Shown: piece by piece, positions 17,301-25,629 of the stretch
How positions within the stretch are numbered: position 1 is the first letter of the stretch
How the letters are laid out: the number at the start of each line of letters is the position of its first letter
DNA from: a virus
Taxonomy: Duplodnaviria; Caudoviricetes
Length of the DNA: 32,682 nt
Strand: one strand, 5' to 3'
IMG/VR virus record: IMGVR_UViG_3300037742_000092
Coordinates: 1-32,682 of that record
Position numbers and translations under genes: made by a program
Notes under the pieces: model-generated
Seen by the model: only the letters and a program-made list of their open reading frames with translations
Databases searched by the model: none
What the model was told of the DNA's origin: nothing

Positions 17301-17851
17301 GTATTCGAAGTCAGCTAAGCGCTACGTCTAGCGCTGCGTTTGCATTAGCCAATGCGGTAGAAGGTCCCATCAGTAGTGCAGCCGATGGGGCGTACGCTGC
17401 AGGTGCGGGAATTGGTGATGGACTTGTTGCAGGTATGGCTTCTCGACTCGACAGTGTTCGTGACGCTGGGGCTGCCTTAGGTGAAGCAGCCAAGACCTCA
17501 GCCCAGTCAGCTGCACGTAACTCACCTAAGTACTTCTCCTACTATATGGGACAGGATTTCGTTAAGCAACTGCAGGAGGGGTTTGATCACCAGCAACGAT
17601 TCATGAGCCTTAATGTTAACCGAGGGATAGGGATGCCCAGCTCACAATTCCAAGCGGGTAGCCCTCAATCCATGGAACTTGCAGTTGCTAAAGGGGTAAA
17701 ACGAGCGTTCGATGAAGGAGGCAGACCTGCTGAGGTTCCTATCAAGATTGCTGGGCACCTTATCACGATGGATCATGCCGAACGAGAAATCTTTAAATCA
17801 ACCAAGCGCAGACGTATACGTCATCCGGGGAGGAGGGATGGCCGAAGATGA
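14375..17851 (+). CDS. Tape measure protein (TP901-family core); start uncertain (ATC 14375 or TTG 14441)
   Basis: More than 1100 aa, Ala/Gly-rich and helical. AADFESAMARV and ELADALYFAGSAG core motifs, hydrophobic mid-section, downstream of the chaperones. Confidence 0.93.
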   Translation: MGIVNVGSTLGGLAGGAQLARLLIVISGQTAGLQTALGQAQGSLQGFAANSNAIGNAMIRSLTLPALAVGGAALKMAADFESAMARVRGLTTLTEQNFQQASVEIMALAREYPTAPNELADALYFAGSAGLAFREAMDVVEMSAGAAAIGMGEANDIAKILIFSLNNFRSEGLTAAKAMDVFTAAIKEGTADPDELALALGRVLSVAKEAGVTFEQTVGSIASLTNIGLPTRVASTSLRALFGGLLAPTIQATEALDALGTSNEELRKVMSEGGPIAAIDFIEKLRQSAGGMSEEVRRRIVPQIRAFTAVLGLAGDEARRSASIEIFKEVTDSAGDFQKALSIIQDTASYKFGQSLNNLRIAAIELGSVLFPVFEQITKGISAVGLTFANSSAGVKTFAAAALIVAAIIGPLVKGFALLTNQGMGLFTSFRSTAAGLTAMGIAAAIAVTSLSNMAQGTGSVNTTLMALIGTFAALRLALGGISAAANAGALGVNAFSLGLATMSPALMMGIAGGIALIAVGVAALIGKAQSAGQAVEGLRRALVQAGESAQLTKDFFADLDVSEGVSAAFMKAVQAADRVGVSLAQGLQPARQEMAGLAIEAIKSTSAFKNAPESLRPFIEALSSAEGKAVDLNVAFREAGVTNNELYGALLQGAGGIDKYSESTTSLINDLFKASSAARQAKNDLNLLAQGAVLSKIADDAAALDIGKRFKVPAGEVKRAFAEYNIGAGSASEETINLVATQNKWVDSAGQVIGMAYQQKQAFKELAAEIQASFSEGLVSGFFEKDLGNVDASISTMLSNADQQISAFSSSLSGIELLRGKLDPATLSFLVEQGPGMIRKFVNASDAELSRLQFLYHQQLAAVDAEIVKEGDHEEVKGQQNVKKFSRGILSAKGIPKQAALQVIAGVTVALSQGKDPSKMGADKLRKFAQGIASQSGATDAQAKRIVSMIINTFGSAAGPAQAKGNLTGGKFASGIRSQLSATSSAAFALANAVEGPISSAADGAYAAGAGIGDGLVAGMASRLDSVRDAGAALGEAAKTSAQSAARNSPKYFSYYMGQDFVKQLQEGFDHQQRFMSLNVNRGIGMPSSQFQAGSPQSMELAVAKGVKRAFDEGGRPAEVPIKIAGHLITMDHAEREIFKSTKRRRIRHPGRRDGRR

Positions 17852-18321
17852 CCATGCAAGACTTTGAGTTCGTAGCTACAGTAGGCAGTACTACTACGGT
17901 GTTGGATTTGCTTACGGGCGGTACGTGGAAAATAGGGAGTCTACTTAACTTAGGCACAGTCGATGTGGAACGCTCATGGCTTACACAGTTCCCATTCGAC
18001 GGTGGTGAGCTTTCATCTAGTCGGTTAGAAGTTACAGAGATGGTAATCCCTATCCGTCTCACTAAGCAAGCCAACTGGGCGGCGTGTCAAACTGCCATCA
18101 CTGCATTGTGTACCGAGCTCAATAAGGCGACTAATGTTCTTCGTATGCAGTTAGGTTCTACGAACTATTACTTCAATACCTATCGAGCCGCTATTCCCAC
18201 ACTACTTAATGGCGGTTTACCGATGGACGTATCTGACAAGTTGGAGACTCAACTCTTCGACTTAATCATTCCTCGGGATCCCATCATCCGTAACAGCTCT
18301 AATGCACAGGTGTTTATCTAG
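17848..18321 (+). CDS. Putative distal tail protein (Dit)
   Basis: 157 aa directly after the tape measure (ATGA overlap). Synteny. Confidence 0.6.
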   Translation: MTMQDFEFVATVGSTTTVLDLLTGGTWKIGSLLNLGTVDVERSWLTQFPFDGGELSSSRLEVTEMVIPIRLTKQANWAACQTAITALCTELNKATNVLRMQLGSTNYYFNTYRAAIPTLLNGGLPMDVSDKLETQLFDLIIPRDPIIRNSSNAQVFI

Positions 18322-21300
18322 TGCCTGCGGCCCAGCTTCGACATACATTAACCAAGGTCGGTGGAGCGACGCTTGTTCTTGAGGGTCTTCCACGTTTAAT
18401 CGAGGAGTTCGATGCTGACTGTCTAGCACCTGGGGGGTTTGGTTCTGCCTCAGGTTATATATCCGTAGCAACCTATGAATATAACCCAGACTTTTTTGTT
18501 TGGGGCACTAAGTGGCAGGTAACAAACAGTCTCGACTCCGACAGAGTTGTGTGGGGCGGACTCATGCTCGACCCTGCGTTCGACGGGTCTAAGTACCAAG
18601 TATTAGGCGAGGGTAATGGTAGAAGGGCGGAGAAGTTCTTCGACCACATGATTTGGCAAACTCGTGACCTTGATCGCTTCACCGCAGCCGATGAGAACCC
18701 CCACAACTACGACAATGATAAGCAGATTGAGGTCGAGGTCAAGGGCCAACGTATTCGGTTCTCAGTACCGAGGAAAACAACCTTCAAGAAGGACGGGTCT
18801 AATAACCCGTCTCAGTGGCACACGTCCATTGTGTGGTGGGGTGAAGGCCGAGATATTAACCGTGTGGCTTTTGATTATGAAGGCGTGTCTGAGGCTAAGG
18901 GGTTTGACCTGCAGGTGCTCACGGGCGTAGGGCCCTCCGGTTCGTTAACTACTCGTATGACACAAAGCTTGAACTCACCCGGTCATGGGGGCTCGAAGAA
19001 TATTACGAGTATCCCAGATAATCATGACATGGTTGTGTTTCGGGTCAGACGAACTACTGGTCGTGAGAAGGTTCGTAAGTTCAAGCTCGATATTAAGAAT
19101 ATCAGGATCAACTGCCTTGCTGGCAATGATGACACCTACGAGACCCACAAGGTAGTTAACGATATTGTCTCGATGATCCCCGGCTTATCCGGTACAGGTG
19201 TGGATACAAGCACTAGAAATGCTTTGCCCCTCGATGTGGATGAGGCGTCGGCCGCAGAACTTTTGGATGAGATTGCCTTATACGATAACCGTTACTGGGG
19301 GATCGAAGGTACTGCGGCTGCTCCTGATATGAAGTACAACACTTGGGGCAAAACTGAGTGGAGATTGACTGACCCTTATGCAACAGTTCAGCTTCAACCA
19401 GTTGAACGGTATAACAGATGCCGTGTTCCCTATCGCATCAAACCTGGTGGAGTCAAGGGGTGGACCAAACAAACTGCATCCCCTAACCCACTTGCGGGAC
19501 TAGGCCCTGAGTTCAACGATTTCCAGATAGACCTTGACGACCCGTTGCCCCCTCAGGACTTAGCAGAAGCATTTGCTGGCAATATCGCTAATGACTTAGC
19601 TGAGTTCCGTCCTGTTGGAACTATTGAACTGATCACTGTCGAGGATGATAATTCACCGGGAACGGATTTATCTGCGTGGCGTATTAGAGCTGGCGAGACT
19701 ATCAAGCTAGTTCCTATTAACCTGTTGACTGTTAACCAATCAAGCTTTGAGTCCAGTGCAGCTTCAGGTTTGACTGTTACGGGATCACCAGGGTTTGCCG
19801 ACGTAGGTCGAGTGGCCGATTCCTCGCCGTTTGCTCATGGCGGTTTTGCCTATGAGGTTCGAGAAGATACAGCATCTAGTGGGACGACTCGGGGTTTAAG
19901 AACCAATAACCTTATTGCGGCCTCACCTGGTAAAATCTTCTCAGCCTCATTCGAGGGCAAAGGCATGGATGCAAGTGCAGGGAGCATTCAAATTGTACTG
20001 AGGTTCCTTGACGCCTCATTAGCGACTTTAGCAACTCACACTGGCCCTCTTGTTAGTCTAGTTCAAAGTCAGTACGTCCGCACAGAATTTACAACCGCAG
20101 CCGCACCAGCTAACTCAGCCTTTGTGGATGCACAGTTCCGGTATGTAGCTACTGGGGTGGGGGGCAGAAGGTGTAGATTCGATAAGTTGCAGGTTGAGAA
20201 GGGTAACATATCTACTGTATGGCGTTTGGGTACTAACTCCTATAACGATGCGGTTCTTCGTATTGCTGAAGTTAATTATCATGATGACAGGGTAGTCCTT
20301 TCGTTCAGTGAGTTGAACCCCTTACTTGAACGAATGATGAGGCGTCGTAGGTTACTCTTAGCGAGGGGGAGAGGTCAAGGTGACGCAACACTGGGTGGGT
20401 TCGATTCCGAGCGCCCAGCGATTCCCACAGGCGTCACAGCGGCGTTTCAGGAGAAGGAGGTCAGGGGCGGTAAGCGTGACTTCGATATGATCCTGAACTG
20501 GAATCAAGTTGATCAGGATATTGAGGGCAATTTCATAGCCATCAAGAAATACGTCGCTGAGTTCCGACCAACTGACAATGGCGGCACCCCCATACCCCAG
20601 AACCAAGGCGGAGGGAAGCATCGTCGTACTGTGCATCGCAAGGATGAGGATGACAGTTCGCTGGACGAAGAGGACACAAAGGTTTGGTTCCGTAAGATTA
20701 ATCACCCACACAAGTGGAAGTGGGAGGCTAGGGTTAAGGCCATAGGGCTTGACGGAAAGGACTCCGGGTTTAGTGCTTGGACTCCCGAGGCCAGGCCTAC
20801 TGCCTTCGCTCCCCCGACTCCGCAGAATCTGACCCTTGAACTTGACCATCGGAAGCTACACGCTGACTGGGAAAATGATGACCCAAGTGAGGCTGAGGCG
20901 GATGCAGCTCCGTCGCTCGATAGGCGCATCGCCTACTACAAGGTTAAGTGGGAAAGGAACAACGGCTCTGGTTACACTGTAATTGGTGGTAAGACGTGGC
21001 ACCGCTCAAGGAACACACAAGCGTCTAGGCAGGTGCGTCGTCCTCGAATCGCTACGTTCCGTGTCACCGTGAAGTCCGTAGACCACTACGGTAATGAGTC
21101 GTCGGCTGTCACCGCAACGATCAGCGGTAGAAAACCCGGCAAGGTCCGTAACCGTTCACTGACTGCAAAGAACAGGGGCTTGCTCGCAACGTGGGACCCA
21201 CCAGACCGATACGATGGTGATGGTGCAACGAACCCAGACTTTGATGAAGCCGATGTGCAGGATTACGATGTTGAACTGTGGCGATCAGGGGCTAAGGTCG

Positions 21301-22496
21301 ACGAGCAGAAACGTCATAAGGGCTTAAGGTACCTATTCGACTTGACCCCGACCCAGACTAAACTTAGTGGTTACCAGTTAAAGGTTTATGCCAATGGTGT
21401 GGACGGAGACGCTTCGACCCCAGACGCTGAGGCTGGGTCAGCTGCCCCGTTGCCCTTGGAAGTGTCATACCCGGACGTCATAACAGGTCAACTAACTGCC
21501 GATAAAATAACGGTGGGGGACTTCCGAAACCTTGTTGATGACCCATCGTTTGAACTTCACACTGCTACCCTTCTCGAAATGTGGGATCTTACTGGTACTG
21601 CTCAGATTTCTTCATCTAATCCCAGAACTGGGGCACGGTGTCTTAGATTCGATACTAGCGGTAGTAACCCCGGAGGCACTGCCCTCAACCGCAACTTTAT
21701 GTCCCTATCTGCATTAGACGAGGTTTACGTTGGACTATATGCTTCCGTGCCGGGAACACTATCAGCTACGCTTTACTCCCTTGCAGTTAAAATCCTGTGC
21801 TATGACGCCGCCTTCAATCTGCTAGCGATCTCGCATCCCAGTCAGTTTGAACAGATAGGTCAGGGTAACCCTTATGGCCCTCATCAATATGCTCTTCAAA
21901 TACCTAACAACTCCAGCATTAGGTATGGGAAGGTGGAGATTTCACACGGTAGCAGCGCTGCACATGACGACCTTGTGGTTGATGACGTTTATGCCCGTGT
22001 CGTCGAGCCCTGGATCGTGCAGAAGTTCTATGGGGGTTTTGCTCGAAAGGACTCTGGACAAAGTCTCCCCGACGACACAAACACAACCATCAATTACAAT
22101 ATAAGTACCAGCAGCAACGACCCCTACGACTTGTTTCAGACCGTCTCTAGCGGCACTGGTGGATCAGCCATGGTTCTCCCCTATGAAGGAATCTGGGACT
22201 TACGATTTAATATACAGTTCGCTGCTAACAACACTGGACGACGACAAGCATGGTTCTACAACGAGACTCAAAACGAAACCTTTGGGTACGTTCAAGAGGG
22301 ATCACCAACCGCAGGTGATCCAGCTAACCTCGCCATGGCGGTTCATCATCGAGTTTCAATAGCTGGGTCAGTCATTCGACTTCGGGCTTTCCAGAATACC
22401 GGTAGCGCAGCGGACGTGCATGGTAATGGTACAGACGAGCAGACTAGGGTTTCTGCTGAGTTCAAGGGTCGAATCGGTGGCGGAGGCGTAGCGTAA
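18321..22496 (+). CDS. Large tail-tip / central fibre protein (hub + carbohydrate-binding-like inserts + FN3-like domains)
   Basis: 1391 aa. Hub-like N-terminus (APGGFGSASG, VVWGGLMLDP), two CBM-like starts (NLLTVNQSSFE, NLVDDPSFE), FN3-like units (PAIPTGVTA, PPTPQNLTL, VKSVDHYGNESS) and a C-terminal beta-sandwich. Confidence 0.8.
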   Translation: MPAAQLRHTLTKVGGATLVLEGLPRLIEEFDADCLAPGGFGSASGYISVATYEYNPDFFVWGTKWQVTNSLDSDRVVWGGLMLDPAFDGSKYQVLGEGNGRRAEKFFDHMIWQTRDLDRFTAADENPHNYDNDKQIEVEVKGQRIRFSVPRKTTFKKDGSNNPSQWHTSIVWWGEGRDINRVAFDYEGVSEAKGFDLQVLTGVGPSGSLTTRMTQSLNSPGHGGSKNITSIPDNHDMVVFRVRRTTGREKVRKFKLDIKNIRINCLAGNDDTYETHKVVNDIVSMIPGLSGTGVDTSTRNALPLDVDEASAAELLDEIALYDNRYWGIEGTAAAPDMKYNTWGKTEWRLTDPYATVQLQPVERYNRCRVPYRIKPGGVKGWTKQTASPNPLAGLGPEFNDFQIDLDDPLPPQDLAEAFAGNIANDLAEFRPVGTIELITVEDDNSPGTDLSAWRIRAGETIKLVPINLLTVNQSSFESSAASGLTVTGSPGFADVGRVADSSPFAHGGFAYEVREDTASSGTTRGLRTNNLIAASPGKIFSASFEGKGMDASAGSIQIVLRFLDASLATLATHTGPLVSLVQSQYVRTEFTTAAAPANSAFVDAQFRYVATGVGGRRCRFDKLQVEKGNISTVWRLGTNSYNDAVLRIAEVNYHDDRVVLSFSELNPLLERMMRRRRLLLARGRGQGDATLGGFDSERPAIPTGVTAAFQEKEVRGGKRDFDMILNWNQVDQDIEGNFIAIKKYVAEFRPTDNGGTPIPQNQGGGKHRRTVHRKDEDDSSLDEEDTKVWFRKINHPHKWKWEARVKAIGLDGKDSGFSAWTPEARPTAFAPPTPQNLTLELDHRKLHADWENDDPSEAEADAAPSLDRRIAYYKVKWERNNGSGYTVIGGKTWHRSRNTQASRQVRRPRIATFRVTVKSVDHYGNESSAVTATISGRKPGKVRNRSLTAKNRGLLATWDPPDRYDGDGATNPDFDEADVQDYDVELWRSGAKVDEQKRHKGLRYLFDLTPTQTKLSGYQLKVYANGVDGDASTPDAEAGSAAPLPLEVSYPDVITGQLTADKITVGDFRNLVDDPSFELHTATLLEMWDLTGTAQISSSNPRTGARCLRFDTSGSNPGGTALNRNFMSLSALDEVYVGLYASVPGTLSATLYSLAVKILCYDAAFNLLAISHPSQFEQIGQGNPYGPHQYALQIPNNSSIRYGKVEISHGSSAAHDDLVVDDVYARVVEPWIVQKFYGGFARKDSGQSLPDDTNTTINYNISTSSNDPYDLFQTVSSGTGGSAMVLPYEGIWDLRFNIQFAANNTGRRQAWFYNETQNETFGYVQEGSPTAGDPANLAMAVHHRVSIAGSVIRLRAFQNTGSAADVHGNGTDEQTRVSAEFKGRIGGGGVA

Positions 22497-22543
22497 GCTA
22501 AAGGGGATGGCGATGGATAAGAGCCTAGTTGAAATAGCTGATT

Positions 22544-22918
22544 ATGAATGAGGTTCCTGGATGGATTGTAGACCGACTCGATGCAATTCTTACTGCTCTT
22601 GTGGCTTTGGTTGCTGGTTTGTGGCGAAGACAGTCACAGAAGGATCGGTATGAAATTGAGGGAGAGAAGGTTGACATTGATCGCCTGCGAGTTGCCACTG
22701 ATGTGCTCGTTGAGATTGTTGATGATCAGCGCAGGCAGCTTAATCATGAACGGATGCGGTGGGAGAAAGAACGTGAGAGATTAATCCGTGAAAAGGAACG
22801 TGCAATTATGGAGGGGCAAGAAGTTAGAAGGGAACTTGAGGAAAGGTTAGCGGAGTGCAGTCTGCACATTAAACAGCTTGAGGAACTACAAAGGAGACTG
22901 GGTGGTGCAGGAGCCTAG
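22544..22918 (+). CDS. Membrane protein with N-terminal TM helix and coiled coil (lysis cassette, holin-like)
   Basis: AILTALVALVAGLW followed by RR and a long charged heptad region. It sits after the tail genes. Confidence 0.6.
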   Translation: MNEVPGWIVDRLDAILTALVALVAGLWRRQSQKDRYEIEGEKVDIDRLRVATDVLVEIVDDQRRQLNHERMRWEKERERLIREKERAIMEGQEVRRELEERLAECSLHIKQLEELQRRLGGAGA

Positions 22919-23363
22919 GGTTAGTGACCGCATCAAAGATGACATCATAGACTCAACAGGTGTGATTAGTAAAAAGAGGAGACGTCAACTGTTGTGGGGG
23001 GCAGCCTTGTTGGCGGTTTTGATAGTAGGAATACTCACAACTCTGGGCTATTTAGTGTTTCGTGAGATACATTCACAGAATGAACGGCTACAGGAACTTG
23101 CTATAGCCGCTGATGAGGAACTGGTTGTTAGGGCAGCACAGACCCGCAGACTGCTTAAGAGATTCAATGCCCAGCAGAGGCAAGACGAGCGCCATGATGA
23201 TAGGAACATCAGAGAGCTAAGTCGATTGGTTCGCAAGAGTGTTCAAAAGGTTAATCGGTTGATCCGAGACGTATTGCAGGCAACTCCTGAGGGGCGAGAG
23301 ATTCTCGAAGACCTCAGAAGGCAAGAGAGGCAAGGTGATGCCACTCCACCCTCCCAAAAATGA
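22905..23363 (+). CDS. Single-pass membrane protein with coiled coil (lysis accessory candidate)
   Basis: KKRRR followed by LLWGAALLAVLIVGILTTLGYLVF. GTG 22905 follows AAGGAG. Confidence 0.65.
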   Translation: MQEPRVSDRIKDDIIDSTGVISKKRRRQLLWGAALLAVLIVGILTTLGYLVFREIHSQNERLQELAIAADEELVVRAAQTRRLLKRFNAQQRQDERHDDRNIRELSRLVRKSVQKVNRLIRDVLQATPEGREILEDLRRQERQGDATPPSQK

Positions 23364-23523
23364 GCCCCCGACAAACGGGGGCAAACCAAAACCAGACCCA
23401 CCTCCGCCGGAGCCTGAACCGCCTGACGTACCGGGTAAAAGTAAAGCATGTAGGCACAGCAACAATCCGCCGTTCTGTAAGGCGGTGCGACTAATCAATG
23501 ATGTATTGCTCATAGGTCTATAG
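23335..23523 (+). CDS. Pro-rich small protein, or +1-frame continuation of the upstream membrane protein
   Basis: KPKPDPPPPEPEPPDVP and two Cys. Overlaps the upstream gene end and fills the gap to the next SD. Confidence 0.45.
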   Translation: MMPLHPPKNEPPTNGGKPKPDPPPPEPEPPDVPGKSKACRHSNNPPFCKAVRLINDVLLIGL

Positions 23524-23548
23524 CGAAGATAAGTTGAGGAGGTGAAAC

Positions 23549-23743
23549 ATGCAGATAAACCGATCACACCTATTGATCTTCTCCCTGGCCACACTTGTAG
23601 CGATTGTGGTTTTGGCCATAGTACCTGGTGTCGGGACGCAGGGTGACTTAGGTGGTCGCCTTGGTCTGATCGATGCACTGACAGGACTACTACTCATTGA
23701 AGGAGGCGCCATCGCAGGAGCCAGTCCGGCTGTGAGCCAGTAA
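23549..23743 (+). CDS. Small two-TM membrane protein (holin candidate)
   Basis: 64 aa with two hydrophobic segments and strong SD GAGGAGGTG. Last gene before the terminator. Confidence 0.6.
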   Translation: MQINRSHLLIFSLATLVAIVVLAIVPGVGTQGDLGGRLGLIDALTGLLLIEGGAIAGASPAVSQ

Positions 23744-23747
23744 CTCA

Positions 23748-23790
23748 ACACAAAGCCCCTACTCTTGGTTCAGGGTAGGGGCTTTTGTGT
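23748..23790. terminator. Bidirectional intrinsic terminator between the convergent arms
   Basis: AAAGCCCCTACTCT-TGGTTC-AGGGTAGGGGCTTT stem flanked by A- and T-runs, between stops at 23743 (+) and 23805 (-). Confidence 0.88.
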
Positions 23791-23804
23791 GGGCTAAGAG
23801 CTTG

Positions 23805-24380
23805 TTACTTTTTCTTGCTCTTTTTCTTCGACGTCTTTTTCTTCGACGTCTTCTTGGCTGCGGTCTTCTTCGTACGGCCACCCTTGCCCTTCTTGGCAGC
23901 CTTCTTCTTGACCTTCGCCATGCGCTTCTTGGTTTCCCGCTTGGCAGCACCCTTCTCGAGCGCCTTCAACAGAGCCTTTACCTTCGGGTCACTGGCGCTT
24001 GCCCAGCTGTAACGGCTCTTCTCGCCTTCGCCGACACGCTTGACGAATCGGGAACCGGCCTCGGTACGCAGGAACATGCGAAGGGATCGGGGAGTAATGC
24101 CTGCGAGTTCAGCAACATCATTGACCCCAAACCGAACGCCGTCGTTCTTGCTCTTCTTACGGCTTCGAGTCTTGGGACGTTCATCTGGGTCCTCTTCGAA
24201 CTCGTCTTCCTCCTCCTCTTCCTCCTCTTCCTCCTCGTCCTCGTATTCCTCGTCCTCGTCTTCTTCGTCCTCGTCCTCGTCTTCGAGGTCTTCCTCTTCT
24301 TCCTCGTCCTCGAGTTCGTCTAGCAGATTGTCAAACTCTTCCTCGTCGGCTTTGGCGGCCTTCTTACGCTTTCGTGCCAC
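23805..24380 (-). CDS. Histone-like polyampholyte DNA-binding protein (basic N-tail, acidic tract, HTH, Lys-rich C-tail)
   Basis: MARKRKK, about 50 aa of nearly pure D/E, HTH-like GVNDVAELAGITPRSLRMFLR, and an H1-like tail KKTAAKKTSKKKTSKKKSKKK. SD AGAAAGG. Confidence 0.75.
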   Translation of the reverse strand: MARKRKKAAKADEEEFDNLLDELEDEEEEEDLEDEDEDEEDEDEEYEDEEEEEEEEEEDEFEEDPDERPKTRSRKKSKNDGVRFGVNDVAELAGITPRSLRMFLRTEAGSRFVKRVGEGEKSRYSWASASDPKVKALLKALEKGAAKRETKKRMAKVKKKAAKKGKGGRTKKTAAKKTSKKKTSKKKSKKK

Positions 24381-24471
24381 AGATTGAAGCCTTTCTACTT
24401 GATGGATAGATAGGTCCCCTACCGTGGTTCACCGTACCTTCCTGGGAAGTCGTCGTTCGTTTCATGCATCA

Positions 24472-24501
24472 ATTGTTACAGAAGAGGTGTCATCCTGTCA
24501 A
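24472..24501 (-). promoter_or_regulatory. Putative sigma70-type promoter for the histone-like gene
   Basis: On the minus strand, a perfect TTGACA (24501-24496) is followed 17 nt later by TAACAAT in a 130-nt intergenic gap. Confidence 0.5.
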
Positions 24502-24509
24502 CTCGGGTT

Positions 24510-24803
24510 TTAACGCCTCAGTTGATCGAAGATGCGTATAGCATCAGCAACGCTTGTGACGCATTCCCCAATCCCTCCGGCGTCCCTGATGCGCTTTAGG
24601 ACGTATCCTTGACGTGTCGTTAGCGTACTTTCACGACCGGGGCGTTTAACTTCGAAACCTATGAAATGGCCTTGATAAACACCGATCAAATCTGGCATGC
24701 CCCGTTCTTGAGTGCCGGACTGATGAGTAGTGAACATATATGCACCCCGGCTTTCACAATACTTCTTGATGTTTGTCCTAAGTCGTGACTCAGCTGGGGG
24801 CAT
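24510..24803 (-). CDS. VRR-NUC domain nuclease (Holliday junction resolvase-like)
   Basis: ESRLRTNI, GMPDLIG, FIGFEVKRPG, LTTRQ...IRDAGG. Start moved to ATG 24803. Confidence 0.88.
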   Translation of the reverse strand: MPPAESRLRTNIKKYCESRGAYMFTTHQSGTQERGMPDLIGVYQGHFIGFEVKRPGRESTLTTRQGYVLKRIRDAGGIGECVTSVADAIRIFDQLRR

Positions 24804-25629
24804 ACTTATACCAATCAATCGTATCAGCCAAGGCGGCAGCTTGATAAACAGGGTGCCACCCCACAAGGTTTTCCGTAGTCGTAATATCTGCACACATCTC
24901 CCAACCGGGTGTAAGTTGTTCACCCTTCCTCATTGGTAAATATTGTACCCCCGCCGAACTGTGTGTGTGGGATAGTACAATCTGAGCAACTTCTCCGACA
25001 GGCATCGGTGAACCCGTGCCTGCTTCTAACACCTCACCGTTTCCGAATCGTAAGGCGTCAACCAGTAGCTTCGCAACATCCTCAACATATACAAGGTCAA
25101 CAAATTGCGACCCATCTCCCCATATAGGAATGGGTTTATTTTGCCATGCCTGAGATGCGAAGGTGGGAATGATTTTCTTAACCCCATGAACCTTTTGTCC
25201 CGGCCCAAAGACATTGTATGCCCGCACAAACGATATGGGAACATCATACGTATCATGCCATATCTCGGCCATTTCCTTAGCAGCACGTTTCGTTGCTTGA
25301 TACAAGTTCTTCCACACACTGGGCATAGTGATTGCAACGTACCGTAGTTGGTGGTTCCTACAAACTTTCATCACGTTGATGGTTCCACCGATGTTTATAT
25401 CCACAGCAGACTGTGGGTCCTTGAATAGTTCATTCGTTCCCAGTATCCCAGCGAGGTGGATGACAGCATCAGCACCATCTAAGAACCCCATTAAAGCGTG
25501 TTTGTTTCGGATATCATGATTGGAGCCGTTGCTGCGATCAAACGACAGCGCAGTGTGGCCCCGGGATCGAAGCTCTGACATCACATACTTACCTATGAAC
25601 CCATCACCACCGGTGACTCCTACCTTCAT
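24790..25629 (-). CDS. NAD-dependent nucleotide-sugar epimerase/dehydratase (extended SDR)
   Basis: VTGGDGFIG, VIHLAG, YQATK (YxxxK), RAYNVFGPGQ and GDGSQFVDLVYVEDVA. Confidence 0.93.
   Translation of the reverse strand: MKVGVTGGDGFIGKYVMSELRSRGHTALSFDRSNGSNHDIRNKHALMGFLDGADAVIHLAGILGTNELFKDPQSAVDINIGGTINVMKVCRNHQLRYVAITMPSVWKNLYQATKRAAKEMAEIWHDTYDVPISFVRAYNVFGPGQKVHGVKKIIPTFASQAWQNKPIPIWGDGSQFVDLVYVEDVAKLLVDALRFGNGEVLEAGTGSPMPVGEVAQIVLSHTHSSAGVQYLPMRKGEQLTPGWEMCADITTTENLVGWHPVYQAAALADTIDWYKYAPS

Noticed and set aside
14506-17493. Numerous minus-strand and alternate-frame ORFs within the tape measure gene
   Set aside because: Fully nested in a confident gene, with no motifs or SDs. Expected for Ala/Gly-rich coding DNA.
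23785-24387. Plus-strand ORFs 23785-24012, 23787-24323 (Leu/Phe-rich, membrane-looking) and 24040-24387 (poly-Ser)
   Set aside because: They are antisense shadows of the Lys and Glu/Asp codon runs of the minus-strand histone-like gene. They start inside or after the terminator and lack SDs.
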